This document shows positions 48,942 through 58,821 of a stretch of DNA of 64,000 bases, in pieces. The position numbers were made by a program, and so were the translations under genes. How positions within the stretch are numbered: position 1 is the stretch's first letter; the number at the start of each line of letters is the position of its first letter. The notes beneath the pieces are model-generated. The model did not search any database. It was not told the DNA's origin and was given only the letters and a program-made list of their open reading frames with translations. Origin of the DNA: an uncultured virus (IMG/VR IMGVR_UViG_3300005680_000091) (taxonomy: Duplodnaviria > Heunggongvirae > Uroviricota > Caudoviricetes). The stretch lies in the IMG/VR virus record IMGVR_UViG_3300005680_000091; one strand, given 5' to 3'.

Positions 48942-51403
48942 CCTTCACATCTCTCGGCCCGAAGCTGCTCGCGCAGGGCTTCGAACCCATCCCTGTCGCC
49001 GGCAAGGCGCCGGCCGTCGACCGCTGGTCAGACGTCACGCTGCACCGCGACCAAGTTGCAATCTGGGCGCGGAACGGGAAAGGCCACCTGAACGTCGGCC
49101 TGCGCACCGGCACCCTCGCCGCGGTGGATCTGGACCTCTACGACCCGGCGGTCGCCGCCCGGGTGTATGAGGCCTTCGTCGCGCGCTTCGGCGAGGCGCC
49201 ATGCCGCATCGGCCGCGCGCCGAAGCGGCTGTTGGTGTATGCCGCGCTGGAGCCGCGCACGAAGATCAACTCGGCGTCCTGGATCCGGCCAAACCCGGAG
49301 GAGGGCGAGAAGGAAAACAAGGTCGAGGTGCTCGGCATCGGCCAGCAGTTCGTCGCCTATGGCATCCACCCGGACACCCACAAGCCCTACCAGTGGCTGA
49401 ACGGCAGCCTGGAGGACCAGGAGCTGTGGATGCTGCCCTCGATCGACCTGGACGCGGTGGCCGCCTGGGTGCGCGAGGAGCTGCCCGCGCTGATCCCGTC
49501 GGACTGGACCGTGAAGGGCTCGGCCACCGCCGGCGCCGCCTGGGACGACGACCCCTTCGAGGCGATAAAGAACCGCCACGACGACGTCGACCTCGAAGCG
49601 CTGCGCTGGATGCTCGAGCAGCTGCCGCAGGACTACTGCGACGATCGCGACTCGTGGCGCAACGTGATCTTCGCGGCGCACCACCAGTTCCACGGCACCG
49701 AGGAGGAGCTCGAGGCGCTCGAGATCGTCGATGGGTGGTCGTCGAAGTCGGTGAAGTACGTGACCGGCGTGGTCGCTGCGATCTGGGAAAACGCGCACGA
49801 GCAGCGCACCGGCGGGCTGGTCACGGTCGGGTCGCTGAAGGACTGGGTCGGGTTGGACAACTGGGCCGCGTATCGGGCGCAGCGCCTGGCGGAACAAGCG
49901 GCAGCGGTGGTGACCGATCGCAACTGGTTTGCTCGTATCGCAGAAGCCGATCAGGCCACGATTGAAGGTACGATCGCTGCGGAGATTCGGACGGCCGATC
50001 TGACCCACGCCCAGCGTGAGCAGCTTGCCAACGCGGTGGCCTCGCGAATGACGCAGCTGCATCGTCGGATGGGCATCGCGGCGATCAGGCGCATGTTGGC
50101 GCCGATAAATCCGATCTTCAACCGCCCGGCCGAAGTCGATCTGACCGACTACATCCCCTTCGATATGGCGGTGCCGGCTCTCAACCCGGCCACCTTCCCG
50201 CACCACATCGCGACCGACACAGCCGTGATCGTGCGGACCACGATCGAGAACACGCAGCGCCTCCTGTCCGCCTACGGGATCACCGCCTACTACGACGAGG
50301 TGCGCAAGAAGGCTGTGATCAACGTGCCGGGTTTGTCGGTGAGTCCGGATCAGGCGGACCCTGCCGCCCTGTCCTGGATCGCCTCGCTGGCCTCCCTCAA
50401 CGAGATGGCCGCGGACCGCACGGTCGAGTTCGCGCTCACCACGGCCAGCCAGCGACCGCGCAACATCATCGCCGACTGGATCAAGTCGGCGCCTTGGGAT
50501 GACAAGGACCGGATCAGCAAGCTGTGCAACACCCTCACCGTGAAGCCGGGTTTCCCGCTCGCGTTGCGCGACACGATCGTCCGGCGCTGGTTGATCTCGG
50601 CCGTGGGCGCTACGCTCAACACCAGCTACCGGTTCTACTCGAAGGGCGTGCTGGTGCTGCAGGGGCCACAATCCATCGGCAAGACCCCGTGGGTGGCCCA
50701 CTTGGTACCCCAGACCTTGGACCAGTACGTGCTGCTGGGCATGCACCTAGACCCAGGCAGCCGTGACTCGATCAAGACGGCCGTTAGCCACTGGATCGTC
50801 GAGCTGGGCGAGGTCGATTCCACCATGAACCGGTCCGACGTGGCGATGTTGAAGGCCTTCATCAGCCAGCGCACGGACAAGATCCGGCTCCCCTACGCGA
50901 GAGTCGATTCCGAGTTCAAACGGCGCACCGTGTTCTTCGCGTCGGTGAACCCCGAGGAGTTCCTGCGCGACGAGACCGGCAACGTGCGGTGGTGGACGAT
51001 CCCGGTCACCGCAGTGGATTTCCAGCACAGCATCGACTTGCAGCAGCTCTGGGCTCAGGCCGCCAGCCTCTACGAAGCGGGCGAATCCTGGTGGCTGACC
51101 AAGGAAGAGGAGGTCCGCCTCGAGCAGCGCAACGAGGACCACACCGTCAAGAGTTCGATCTACGAGATGCTGGCCGACGTGCTGGAGCTTGGCGCACCGC
51201 GCGGAGAGTGGCAACGGATGAGTGCGTCCGAGGTGCTGCGCAACCGACTCGGCATCAAGACGCCGACTAACCCGCAGTCGCGCGAGGCCGGGAAGGCGCT
51301 TCGTCTTCTGCTCGGCGCCCCGTGCGGCCGGACCGCCGGCACAGATCGGTGGGAGGTGCCACCTGCGAGGTTCGATCGGGCAATCGAGGAGGCCTTTGAA
51401 TGA
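48938..51403 (+). CDS. Primase-polymerase / PriCT-2 / VapE(VirE)-type helicase fusion
   Basis: NVGLRTG...AVDLD, GQQFVAYGIHPDT, GPQSIGKT, WIVELGE, FLRDETGNVRW. Confidence 0.88.
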   Translation: MTFTSLGPKLLAQGFEPIPVAGKAPAVDRWSDVTLHRDQVAIWARNGKGHLNVGLRTGTLAAVDLDLYDPAVAARVYEAFVARFGEAPCRIGRAPKRLLVYAALEPRTKINSASWIRPNPEEGEKENKVEVLGIGQQFVAYGIHPDTHKPYQWLNGSLEDQELWMLPSIDLDAVAAWVREELPALIPSDWTVKGSATAGAAWDDDPFEAIKNRHDDVDLEALRWMLEQLPQDYCDDRDSWRNVIFAAHHQFHGTEEELEALEIVDGWSSKSVKYVTGVVAAIWENAHEQRTGGLVTVGSLKDWVGLDNWAAYRAQRLAEQAAAVVTDRNWFARIAEADQATIEGTIAAEIRTADLTHAQREQLANAVASRMTQLHRRMGIAAIRRMLAPINPIFNRPAEVDLTDYIPFDMAVPALNPATFPHHIATDTAVIVRTTIENTQRLLSAYGITAYYDEVRKKAVINVPGLSVSPDQADPAALSWIASLASLNEMAADRTVEFALTTASQRPRNIIADWIKSAPWDDKDRISKLCNTLTVKPGFPLALRDTIVRRWLISAVGATLNTSYRFYSKGVLVLQGPQSIGKTPWVAHLVPQTLDQYVLLGMHLDPGSRDSIKTAVSHWIVELGEVDSTMNRSDVAMLKAFISQRTDKIRLPYARVDSEFKRRTVFFASVNPEEFLRDETGNVRWWTIPVTAVDFQHSIDLQQLWAQAASLYEAGESWWLTKEEEVRLEQRNEDHTVKSSIYEMLADVLELGAPRGEWQRMSASEVLRNRLGIKTPTNPQSREAGKALRLLLGAPCGRTAGTDRWEVPPARFDRAIEEAFE

Positions 51404-51762
51404 ACGACCCATTCGCCGCGCTCGAGCGCGAGGTGGAAGCAGATCTGGAGACCCGCTTCACGCGCGCCGTACAGAAGCGCTTCCCGGCCGCCCGGATCCG
51501 CAAGGGAAGGTGGGAAGGACGCCGCGGGGCGTTCGACCGGGTGGTGATGTTGCCCGGCCCGTTCATCGCCTTCGTGGAGCTCAAGAACGGCAAGGCAGGG
51601 CGGCTGTCCGGGCCGCAGAAGGAGGAGCTGCAGGCCCTGTGCGACATGGGCTTTTTCGCCCGGGTCGTGCGGACCGATGCGGACATCGCGCTCTTCGTTG
51701 AAGACCTCGCGAGGGTCGGGCGGCTGGGTCGGATAGACGCGCTCTGGGGCTTCAAGCCGTGA
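51400..51762 (+). CDS. VRR-NUC domain nuclease
   Basis: GAFDRVV...FVELK...GRLSGPQ. Confidence 0.8.
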   Translation: MNDPFAALEREVEADLETRFTRAVQKRFPAARIRKGRWEGRRGAFDRVVMLPGPFIAFVELKNGKAGRLSGPQKEELQALCDMGFFARVVRTDADIALFVEDLARVGRLGRIDALWGFKP

Positions 51763-53192
51763 AGCCCTACACCCCGCGCCCATACCAGACCCGGATGACC
51801 CAGGCGATCCTGGAAGACGACGTCCTGTTGGCGGCCCGGCCGGGCCTGGGCAAAACGGCCGCGGCGCTCGACGCCATTGCGCAGGGTATCTTCGACCGGT
51901 GCGAGTTCAGCCGCGTGCTGGTTGTGGCGCCGAAGGTGGTGGCCTCGGACACCTGGCCAAACGAGATCCGCAAGTGGGCGCCGTTCGCACGCCTGACGTA
52001 CCGCTACTGGGGTGCAGAGGACTTTGGCTACGAGCGACAGGAGCGGGTCGTAGCCGGCGAGGTGGTCGGCCAGAAACTGCGCCCGGCCGACGCCGCGGCG
52101 CTGCGCGACGAGGTGCTGCGCGACCCGGCCCTGATCCACCTCGTGAGCCGTGACAACATCTACAACTTCGTGCTCGCGCTGGGCAAGACGTTTCCCTACG
52201 ACCTGCTGGTGCTCGACGAGTCGGGCAGCTTCTCGGACCTGGAATCCGGCCGCTACCGGGCGGCCCTGGCCGTGCGCCCGCTGGTTGATCGGCTGGTCGA
52301 GTTGAACGGCACGCCGATCGGCAACAAGCTCGAGAAGCTCTGGGCGCAGGTGTGCCTGCTCGACGGTGGCGCCGCGCTGGGTACCGACGTCGGCCGGTTT
52401 CGCATGAGCTACATGGAGCCGAACAAGATCGACCGCAGCCGCGGCAAGGTCTTCAGCTGGAAGGTGCGCGAGGGGGCGCTGGCGGCTGTGATCGAACGTT
52501 GCCGCGGCCGGATCGTGGCGCTGCGCGAGGAGGACTGGTTGACCCTGCCGCCGATGATCCAGAACCCGGTCTTCGTCGACATTCCGATGGGTGAGTACCG
52601 GCGAATGGCGCGCGAGCTGCTGCTCGAGCTCGGTGGTGATGCCCAGGCGCTGGCGGTCAATGCCGGCGTGCTCTACGGAAAATTGGCCCAGATCGCGTGC
52701 GGCATCGTGTTCGACACCGAGAAGGTCGTGCACGAGATCCACCAGGTGAAGCTCGACGCGCTGGCCGAGCTCGACGAGGTGCACGACGCGCCGCTGCTGA
52801 TCTGGACCCGGTTCAACCCGGACGTCGCGCGGATCAAACGGCTCTTCCCCAAGGCGCTCGAGGCGAACAAGGTGAAGAACCTGGAGGCGCGCTGGAACGC
52901 CGGCGAGATCCGGCACCTGATCGCCCACCCGGATTCGCTGGCCTATGGAGCCAACCTGCAGGACTGCCCAGGCTCGGCGATGTGTTGGTTCGGGATCACG
53001 GAGAACGCCGAACACTGGAACCAGGGCATCAAGCGGCTACACCGGTCTGGGCGCACCGAGCCGGTTGTGAACTACTCGATCGTGGCGCGCGGCACGGTCG
53101 AGGAGGGGATGATCGAGCGGCGCATGGAGCGCGGTGCCCTCGAGGAAGACCTGATGGCTGCGCTGGCGTTTCAGAAGGAGATGCTGAGGTGA
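51759..53192 (+). CDS. SNF2-family helicase
   Basis: PRPYQ, PGLGKT, LDES, LNGTP, QGIKRLHRSG. Confidence 0.88.
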   Translation: MKPYTPRPYQTRMTQAILEDDVLLAARPGLGKTAAALDAIAQGIFDRCEFSRVLVVAPKVVASDTWPNEIRKWAPFARLTYRYWGAEDFGYERQERVVAGEVVGQKLRPADAAALRDEVLRDPALIHLVSRDNIYNFVLALGKTFPYDLLVLDESGSFSDLESGRYRAALAVRPLVDRLVELNGTPIGNKLEKLWAQVCLLDGGAALGTDVGRFRMSYMEPNKIDRSRGKVFSWKVREGALAAVIERCRGRIVALREEDWLTLPPMIQNPVFVDIPMGEYRRMARELLLELGGDAQALAVNAGVLYGKLAQIACGIVFDTEKVVHEIHQVKLDALAELDEVHDAPLLIWTRFNPDVARIKRLFPKALEANKVKNLEARWNAGEIRHLIAHPDSLAYGANLQDCPGSAMCWFGITENAEHWNQGIKRLHRSGRTEPVVNYSIVARGTVEEGMIERRMERGALEEDLMAALAFQKEMLR

Positions 53193-53584
53193 GGTGTTTC
53201 CCGTCAGAGGCGGCCTATCTGCTGTGGTGCCGGAGTAGCACGCCAAGCGTGTTGCCGTGCCAGGACTGCAACCCGGTGCATAAGGCGCGCATGCTGCAGG
53301 TCGGTCGTTGCGAACAGCCGGCGGTGGTGTTCGTGAAGAACAAGGACGGGGAGCTCGTCGGGCGAGTGCCGACGGGGGGCGGGGCGGGGCCGGTGGCCGA
53401 GGAGAGTGTGTTCCTCGTGCGAATCGCGACCCAGCTGCTGGGTGATGCAGCGCTGGCTGAGCTCATCGGGATCTCGGCGCCCTCGCTGCCGCACTATCGT
53501 AACGGCAACAGAACGCTGCCAGGGGAGAAGGTGAGGGTGCTGCGCGCCGCGGTTCGCCGCGGCGCGGGGCTGCTAGTTGGTTAG
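53189..53584 (+). CDS. Cys-containing protein with C-terminal HTH
   Basis: PCQDC...C; ALAELIGISAPSLPHYRNG. Confidence 0.5.
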   Translation: MRCFPSEAAYLLWCRSSTPSVLPCQDCNPVHKARMLQVGRCEQPAVVFVKNKDGELVGRVPTGGGAGPVAEESVFLVRIATQLLGDAALAELIGISAPSLPHYRNGNRTLPGEKVRVLRAAVRRGAGLLVG

Positions 53585-53796
53585 GTACCTCCCGGTGTGT
53601 CGCCCACCCCGTTGAAGTCCCGGAACCCCAGAGACAAGGCGGCGCAGGCCAGGGTGACTGCCTGTGGAATCGTGGCGCGGCCAGTCTCGTAGTTCTTGAC
53701 CGTCCGGGCGGAGGTGCCCAGCCAATCCCCAAGCTGCTTCTGCGAAACGCCCATGTGTTCGCGCCAAGCGCGGAATCGTTCTGCCGTCAGAGGCAC
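53581..53796 (-). CDS. XRE-family HTH protein
   Basis: FRAWREHMGVSQKQLGDWLGTSARTVKNYETG. Confidence 0.8.
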   Translation of the reverse strand: MPLTAERFRAWREHMGVSQKQLGDWLGTSARTVKNYETGRATIPQAVTLACAALSLGFRDFNGVGDTPGGT

Positions 53797-53877
53797 GGTG
53801 TGTTCTCCAGTTGTTTTGCTCGCTTCGAGGCCTTTCGCACTCGCTTTGCGGTGTTGCTCTACCTGAAAGCAACTTGG

Positions 53878-56005
53878 TCATGTAATTCGACCTCCTGTCG
53901 CACGAATGGCGGCACGAACCGCCTCTTCCTTATCTTTGGCGCACTCGACCACGAACGACACCGCGTTCTGCGCCTTGCGCCAGCGCTTGAAGTGGGCCTC
54001 AAACGAAGGACCGTCATCCTCCCAGTCCGGCAGTCCGAGAACGACGCCGCCGGTGATCTTCACCACGGCATTGTCGGGAACGTCTTCGATGCCAATGTCT
54101 TCAGAAAGCGGCGAGCCATAGACCTCAATCTCTTCGTCCTCGTGCCACGCGCCGTCAGGCCAGAAGGCTTCATCAAAATAGAAGCGCTTGAGCTCGGTGC
54201 CGGTAGTCTTTACGGTCATTTCGCCAACTCCTCCATCGTCCTCCAGGTTGAGTTCCGGGCCTCTTGCCGCAGCCGCTCGATCTCAAGCTCCTTCATTTTC
54301 CGTTCGTGCTGGCGCTTGTCTTCGCTGTTCGCCCACCATGCGAGGGCGATAAAGGGCGAGGCAGCAGCCAGAATAACCAGTGCGAGGTCCATCACTTAGC
54401 CTCCCGTTTCGTGGTGTGCCACGCGCAAAACTCGTTCATCTCGTGTGGCCCTTCAGGGTGGATGCAGCTCTCGTGGCGGCGCTTGATCGGCGCCTTGGCG
54501 CCCTTGGCCCAGACGACGAGGTGCTCGACGTGGCCGCAAGTGTGGCACGGGTGGGGTGTCAGGGTCATGCGGGCACCTTCGTGGGTATCTCGACGCGCTC
54601 CATGAACTTGCCACCGGCGGCACGCGCCTCGGCGTTGATCCGATCAACGGTCATCGCGGCTTGGGTGAAGCGCCGGTTCGTCCAAGCGCGCAGGTAGCGG
54701 TCCATCTTCGTGATGTTCTCGATCAGGATCTCGCGCTCCTCTGTGGTGCAGTTCCAGGCTTTGCCGGCATCGGCGCGCGCCTTCATTGCGACCAGGACGG
54801 TGCCGACGCGATCGGCGACCTGCCAGGCGCCGTCACCCCGGCCGGCGCTGTCCGCCGCGACGAGGTTCACGATCTTCGCGATGTGCTCGGCGTGGGCCTT
54901 GGTGAAGAGGCCCAGCGGCAGCAGCTTGACGCTCATGTGCAGCGGCGTGAGGATGCGGCCGATCGCGGCCTGGTCGAGCAGGGCGCCGGTCAGCACCGGG
55001 TTGATGCGGCGGCCCCAGCGGTGGGTCATTGGGCGGGGCATTCGAGCACCTCTTTGCGCAGTTGGTCCATGGCATCGACCAAGCGATCCAGCAGCTCAAG
55101 GGCTTGGGGTTTGGGCATTTCGATTTCTCCAGAAAATAGGTGCCCCACCGGCACCAGGTGTTCCATGACCCACAACGGACATCTCCTATCGGATTGAGGT
55201 TGTCGAGGGTGCGGCGGGGCGTTGATCAGGTGGTTGCGCGCAGCAGCACGCGGGGTTTGGTGCGGCCCGGCACCGTGCCGGCGACTTCGATCAGGTCCGG
55301 GCGCGGCGCGGCGGCGGCCAGCTGGCGGGCGAGGTTCGGGAGCACACCGTCGCCTCCAGCTCGAGGAACTCCTCCGGCTCGGGGCACAGCTCCCGCACCA
55401 GAAGCGCCTCGCGCACGATGCGGCATTGGTCTTCGAACGGCACGCCGAGGCGCTCAAGGCGCCGGCCTGCAGTCTCCGGCGAGATATGGCCCGCCGTGAC
55501 AAGGGTCGCCACGTTGTCACAGAAGGCCCGCAGCCTGTGCTGCAGCCGACGGTCGTGCTGAGCCCATTCCGGGAACGGATTCAGGTTCATGGCAAACTCC
55601 TTGTCAGGTGGGAGTGCTACTCACACTCTATGGAAGATCCGGGCCGGCTGCGGCCTTCTGTATCGCGGCCAATGCTGCGTTGAAGGTCTCGTCGTGCTGG
55701 TCGGCTGCACGGTACATATCCGTGCGTGCGCTCAACGCCTCGAGGGTCAGCTCGGTCAGCCGGGCAAGGCCTTCGCCTTCCAGTATCTGGCACATGTCGA
55801 ACACCGTCTTCGCGCAGGCGTAACCCAGCAGCTTGCGCAGGATGGGATCTTGCTGCGGCTTGGACAGCTTCGCGGTCAGGTCCATCAGCTGGGCGAGCTC
55901 AAGCGCCAGAGAGCCGGCCGGGCCATGCTCCACCACGAAGGCTTCGCTGCGCGCCCGGAAGGTGTCGGTCAGCAGATCGATGTCGTCCTTGTTCATTTCA
56001 GCCAC
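53878..56005 (-). other. Cluster of small hypothetical ORFs (53878-54219, 54565-55041, 55291-55590, 55628-56005)
   Basis: Co-oriented ORFs with plausible RBS; no family recognised. Confidence 0.5.
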
Positions 56006-56964
56006 CCCATCAGCGTGTCGGTGTCCGTCGAAAACCCGGCCGCGTTGCGATGCCCACCACCGCCGAACGCCTTGGCGATTGCGCTCACGTCGTAGTCGCC
56101 GTTGCTGCGCAGCGAGCAGTGGATTTGGCCGTCACCCGCCATCGACCACACGAGGCCGAACGTGCCGGACTTGTTGGCGAGTTCGTGGCCCAGATCAGAC
56201 GCGAGGAACGACGGAGCGTTGGCCGCGAGGCCGAAGAGCGAATAGCGGGTAAACCCATCAATCACCACTCCTGGTGCGTTGGCGAAGGGCGCCCACTTGA
56301 ATACTTCGCACTTCTTCGCCTGTTTCAACGCCGCCTGGACGTTTTGGTTATGGGCGCGGAGGATGGCGATGCCTTCTTTGAAGATGAAATGCGGACCGAC
56401 GTTGAACTCATCCCACATTTCGAGTTGCTGATTCAGTTCTTTCCACTGCTCGAAGCTCCACGGCTCATAACTGCGCAGCGCGGCGTGGAATTCCTTGGTG
56501 CCGTCCAGCTTGAACTGCCAGCGGTCGCGGTCGTCGATGTGTTGGATCAGCATTGGCACTTCGGTTCCGGGGTGGAAGTATTCCCAGGCGAGATATGCCC
56601 CTGAAAAATTGTCGTCCAGAACGACGTAGTGCTTCAGCGGGTCTTCCCCGCCCAACGGGATTGCTTGGTAGCGATCCCCTCGACGATAGCCACCACACCA
56701 CATCTCGAACGCCGTCTTGTGGTGATCGAGCCAGACGACGCGCTTGGCGCGACTGAGGAGCAGATCCATGACCTCGCGTGGAAACGAGAAATCAAGGACG
56801 TAGATGTCCCGTTCATTGATCTCGAACGTGTTTTCGGACTTGCTGTAGTCCTTGCCGTAATCCATCGGCAGATACTCGGCCTCATCACCGAGCTTGAGCC
56901 ATGCTGCGAAGGCCGCACCGAACCCGTCCGTGCAGTTCGCGTGGTAGATGACGAGGGGTTTCAT
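55993..56964 (-). CDS. DHH/DHHA1 phosphoesterase
   Basis: YHANCTDG, LDFSF, LDHHKT, SLRS, GGGGHRNAAGF. Confidence 0.88.
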   Translation of the reverse strand: MKPLVIYHANCTDGFGAAFAAWLKLGDEAEYLPMDYGKDYSKSENTFEINERDIYVLDFSFPREVMDLLLSRAKRVVWLDHHKTAFEMWCGGYRRGDRYQAIPLGGEDPLKHYVVLDDNFSGAYLAWEYFHPGTEVPMLIQHIDDRDRWQFKLDGTKEFHAALRSYEPWSFEQWKELNQQLEMWDEFNVGPHFIFKEGIAILRAHNQNVQAALKQAKKCEVFKWAPFANAPGVVIDGFTRYSLFGLAANAPSFLASDLGHELANKSGTFGLVWSMAGDGQIHCSLRSNGDYDVSAIAKAFGGGGHRNAAGFSTDTDTLMGWLK

Positions 56965-57266
56965 ATCTTTCTCCGGTAGAGCTTCAAAGGTGTTGGGCTG
57001 CCGCGGTCGGACTCGACCCGACCGACGCAGTCCAGGTGCCCGAACCGCACCAGTCGGTCCATCGCGCTGCGGGCGGTGCAGCGGTTCATGTTGAGCTGAT
57101 CGGCCACCGCGATTGAGGACCAGACGCGGCCATCGGCCAGCAGCGCCAGGATCTGCTCGCTGCTGGAGCCGGGCACGATGCGCTCGGCCCGGACGGTGTG
57201 CTTGCCCGCGCTGGGTGGCTGGGGCGGGGGCTGGTTGGCGGCTTGGAGTTGGGAGAGGAGGTTCAT
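56961..57266 (-). CDS. Winged-HTH protein
   Basis: SIAVADQLNMNRCTARSAMDRLVRFG. Confidence 0.6.
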   Translation of the reverse strand: MNLLSQLQAANQPPPQPPSAGKHTVRAERIVPGSSSEQILALLADGRVWSSIAVADQLNMNRCTARSAMDRLVRFGHLDCVGRVESDRGSPTPLKLYRRKI

Positions 57267-57283
57267 GTGAGGTGCGCTCCCTT

Positions 57284-57772
57284 TCAGTGCGAATCTGCTG
57301 CCGGCTCCAATGCTTGGAGTAGCCGGTGAAGTGGGTTCCGGATCTTGTCGATCTCTTCCTCAAGCTGGAGCGCTGCAGCCACCGCCCGAGCCCGAGTCAG
57401 GCACGCGTCTGCTCGCCTGAACTCAGCCAGTACCGTCTCCCGGGACCGATCCTCTGAGGTCTTGACCCGCTGGAGCGAGACGTAGCCTTGTCGATCAGGC
57501 GGTTGTTGCTGGTCTCGCACGTATTCGGGCACTCGGATCTCAACCGTCTCGGTCACGATAGTCACCCGGACGCTGGAGATGTAGTTGCGGGCTTGGTGGT
57601 CTCGCCAGGACGCTGCAGCTTCTTGGTCGTCCCACTCAAAGAACTCGTGAAGGGGGTCGGCCGGGTCTAGGGCGCTTTCCCACAGCTTGCGGGGCGTTAC
57701 GACACCGTTGGGGTCTGTAGCTTCCAGCGCCTTGATTCTGGCGCGCAGTAGGTCTTCTCGGCTGTTGGTCAT
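57284..57772 (-). CDS. Partner protein of the RAMP-like gene (LHxxFEWDD family)
   Basis: PLHEFFEWDDQEAAASWRDHQARNYI; ATGA-coupled to the RAMP stop. Confidence 0.7.
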   Translation of the reverse strand: MTNSREDLLRARIKALEATDPNGVVTPRKLWESALDPADPLHEFFEWDDQEAAASWRDHQARNYISSVRVTIVTETVEIRVPEYVRDQQQPPDRQGYVSLQRVKTSEDRSRETVLAEFRRADACLTRARAVAAALQLEEEIDKIRNPLHRLLQALEPAADSH

Positions 57773-58533
57773 GCTGCCACCTTGAACCCGCGCGCTGCGG
57801 CCGTGCGGTTGAACCAGTCGAGTAGTTCCTCGGTGGTCAGGTCATAAGCCACCGGGTTGTCGAACGCGGCCTGCTGTGCGTCTCGACCGCCGGACTGAAT
57901 GATGCGCAGGAAGTCAGGGTCGTCCGGGTTGCAGATGCTGAATTGCCCGTAGGATCCCTTGCCCTTCTCAGGGCGCCAGTCTCCGACGCCGATCGTGATG
58001 CCTGCTGCCGAGACGAGGTTGATCATCGGCGGCTGCTTGAGCAGCGGCGACACGAACTTGACGCGGATCTTCGTCGCCCACTCCCTCATGATCGCGCGGG
58101 TTCGCACGTCAGGGGTCTTGGCCATGTCTGCCGAGCGAACGGTCGTGCTCAAGACCTCGGGCACGCCCCAGACCGGGATCAGGTCTCCGGCCACGAACAC
58201 AAGGCGGCCAATCGAGGCCTTCGAAATTCCCGGCAGGTCCAGCGCTGCGGTCATCAGCGCACCCTTAAACGCCGTGGCCGGGATGCCGACCAGTGTCGGG
58301 CCGCCTTTTACGCGATGGGCGGACGACCTGAACTCGGCGATCGGGTCGTGCTTCAGACTCGAGGCCTTCTCGGCTGCGTTCTTTTTCGGCGCCGGGAACA
58401 ACAGCTCGCGCATCGATCGTTCGCTGATTGCGTTGTGGATGAGGGGGCTGTTTCCGATGATGCAGAGGTTCAGCTCCTGCGTTTCGATCTTCAGCACCTC
58501 AGGTGCTGCCGTTTCCGTCTTCTTCGTTGCCAT
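57769..58533 (-). CDS. Stand-alone Cas7/Csm3-like RAMP protein (254 aa)
   Basis: Beta-1 IIGNSPLIHN, IPATAFKGAL, glycine-rich loop IGVGDWRPEKGKGSYGQF; AAGGAG RBS before ATG 58533. Confidence 0.75.
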   Translation of the reverse strand: MATKKTETAAPEVLKIETQELNLCIIGNSPLIHNAISERSMRELLFPAPKKNAAEKASSLKHDPIAEFRSSAHRVKGGPTLVGIPATAFKGALMTAALDLPGISKASIGRLVFVAGDLIPVWGVPEVLSTTVRSADMAKTPDVRTRAIMREWATKIRVKFVSPLLKQPPMINLVSAAGITIGVGDWRPEKGKGSYGQFSICNPDDPDFLRIIQSGGRDAQQAAFDNPVAYDLTTEELLDWFNRTAAARGFKVAA

Positions 58534-58555
58534 GTCCTTCTCCTTGTCTGAGTAG

Positions 58556-58821
58556 TGCTCCATGCACTGGGAGGGCACCTCTTGAGAAGTGCCTACCCGC
58601 TACATGCGCCATGTCCTGTCAAACCCCGCCACGCCACACCCAGCCCCGCCGTGTCTATGAACTGCTCGGCGCTTCACGCACCGGGAGGGCACCTCTTGAG
58701 AAGTGCCTACCCGCTACATGCGCGTCACCTAGCCCCACCGGACCCCGCCGCGCCGGGCCTCGCCTAGTCTACGAACTGCCTTTGATGCTTCACGCACCGC
58801 CAAGGGTTGGCTCCCTTGGCG
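58556..58821 (-). ncRNA. Array of two ~114-nt units, each with a 10 x 5-nt (GGY-NN) tract, constant flanks and hairpin; candidate guide RNAs
   Basis: Pentamer tracts at 58720-58769 and 58606-58655; identical hairpin GGGTAGGCAC-TTCTCAAGAG-GTGCCCTCCC after each; intergenic. Confidence 0.8.

Noticed and set aside
55208..55275. Short GGY-NN runs on the + strand
   Set aside because: Only 3-4 periods, no constant flanks, expected by chance at this GC content
58564..58800. Canonical CRISPR array
   Set aside because: Only two units, constant parts of ~60 nt, variable parts internally 5-nt periodic, and no cas1/cas2/cas6; reported instead as a non-CRISPR guide array
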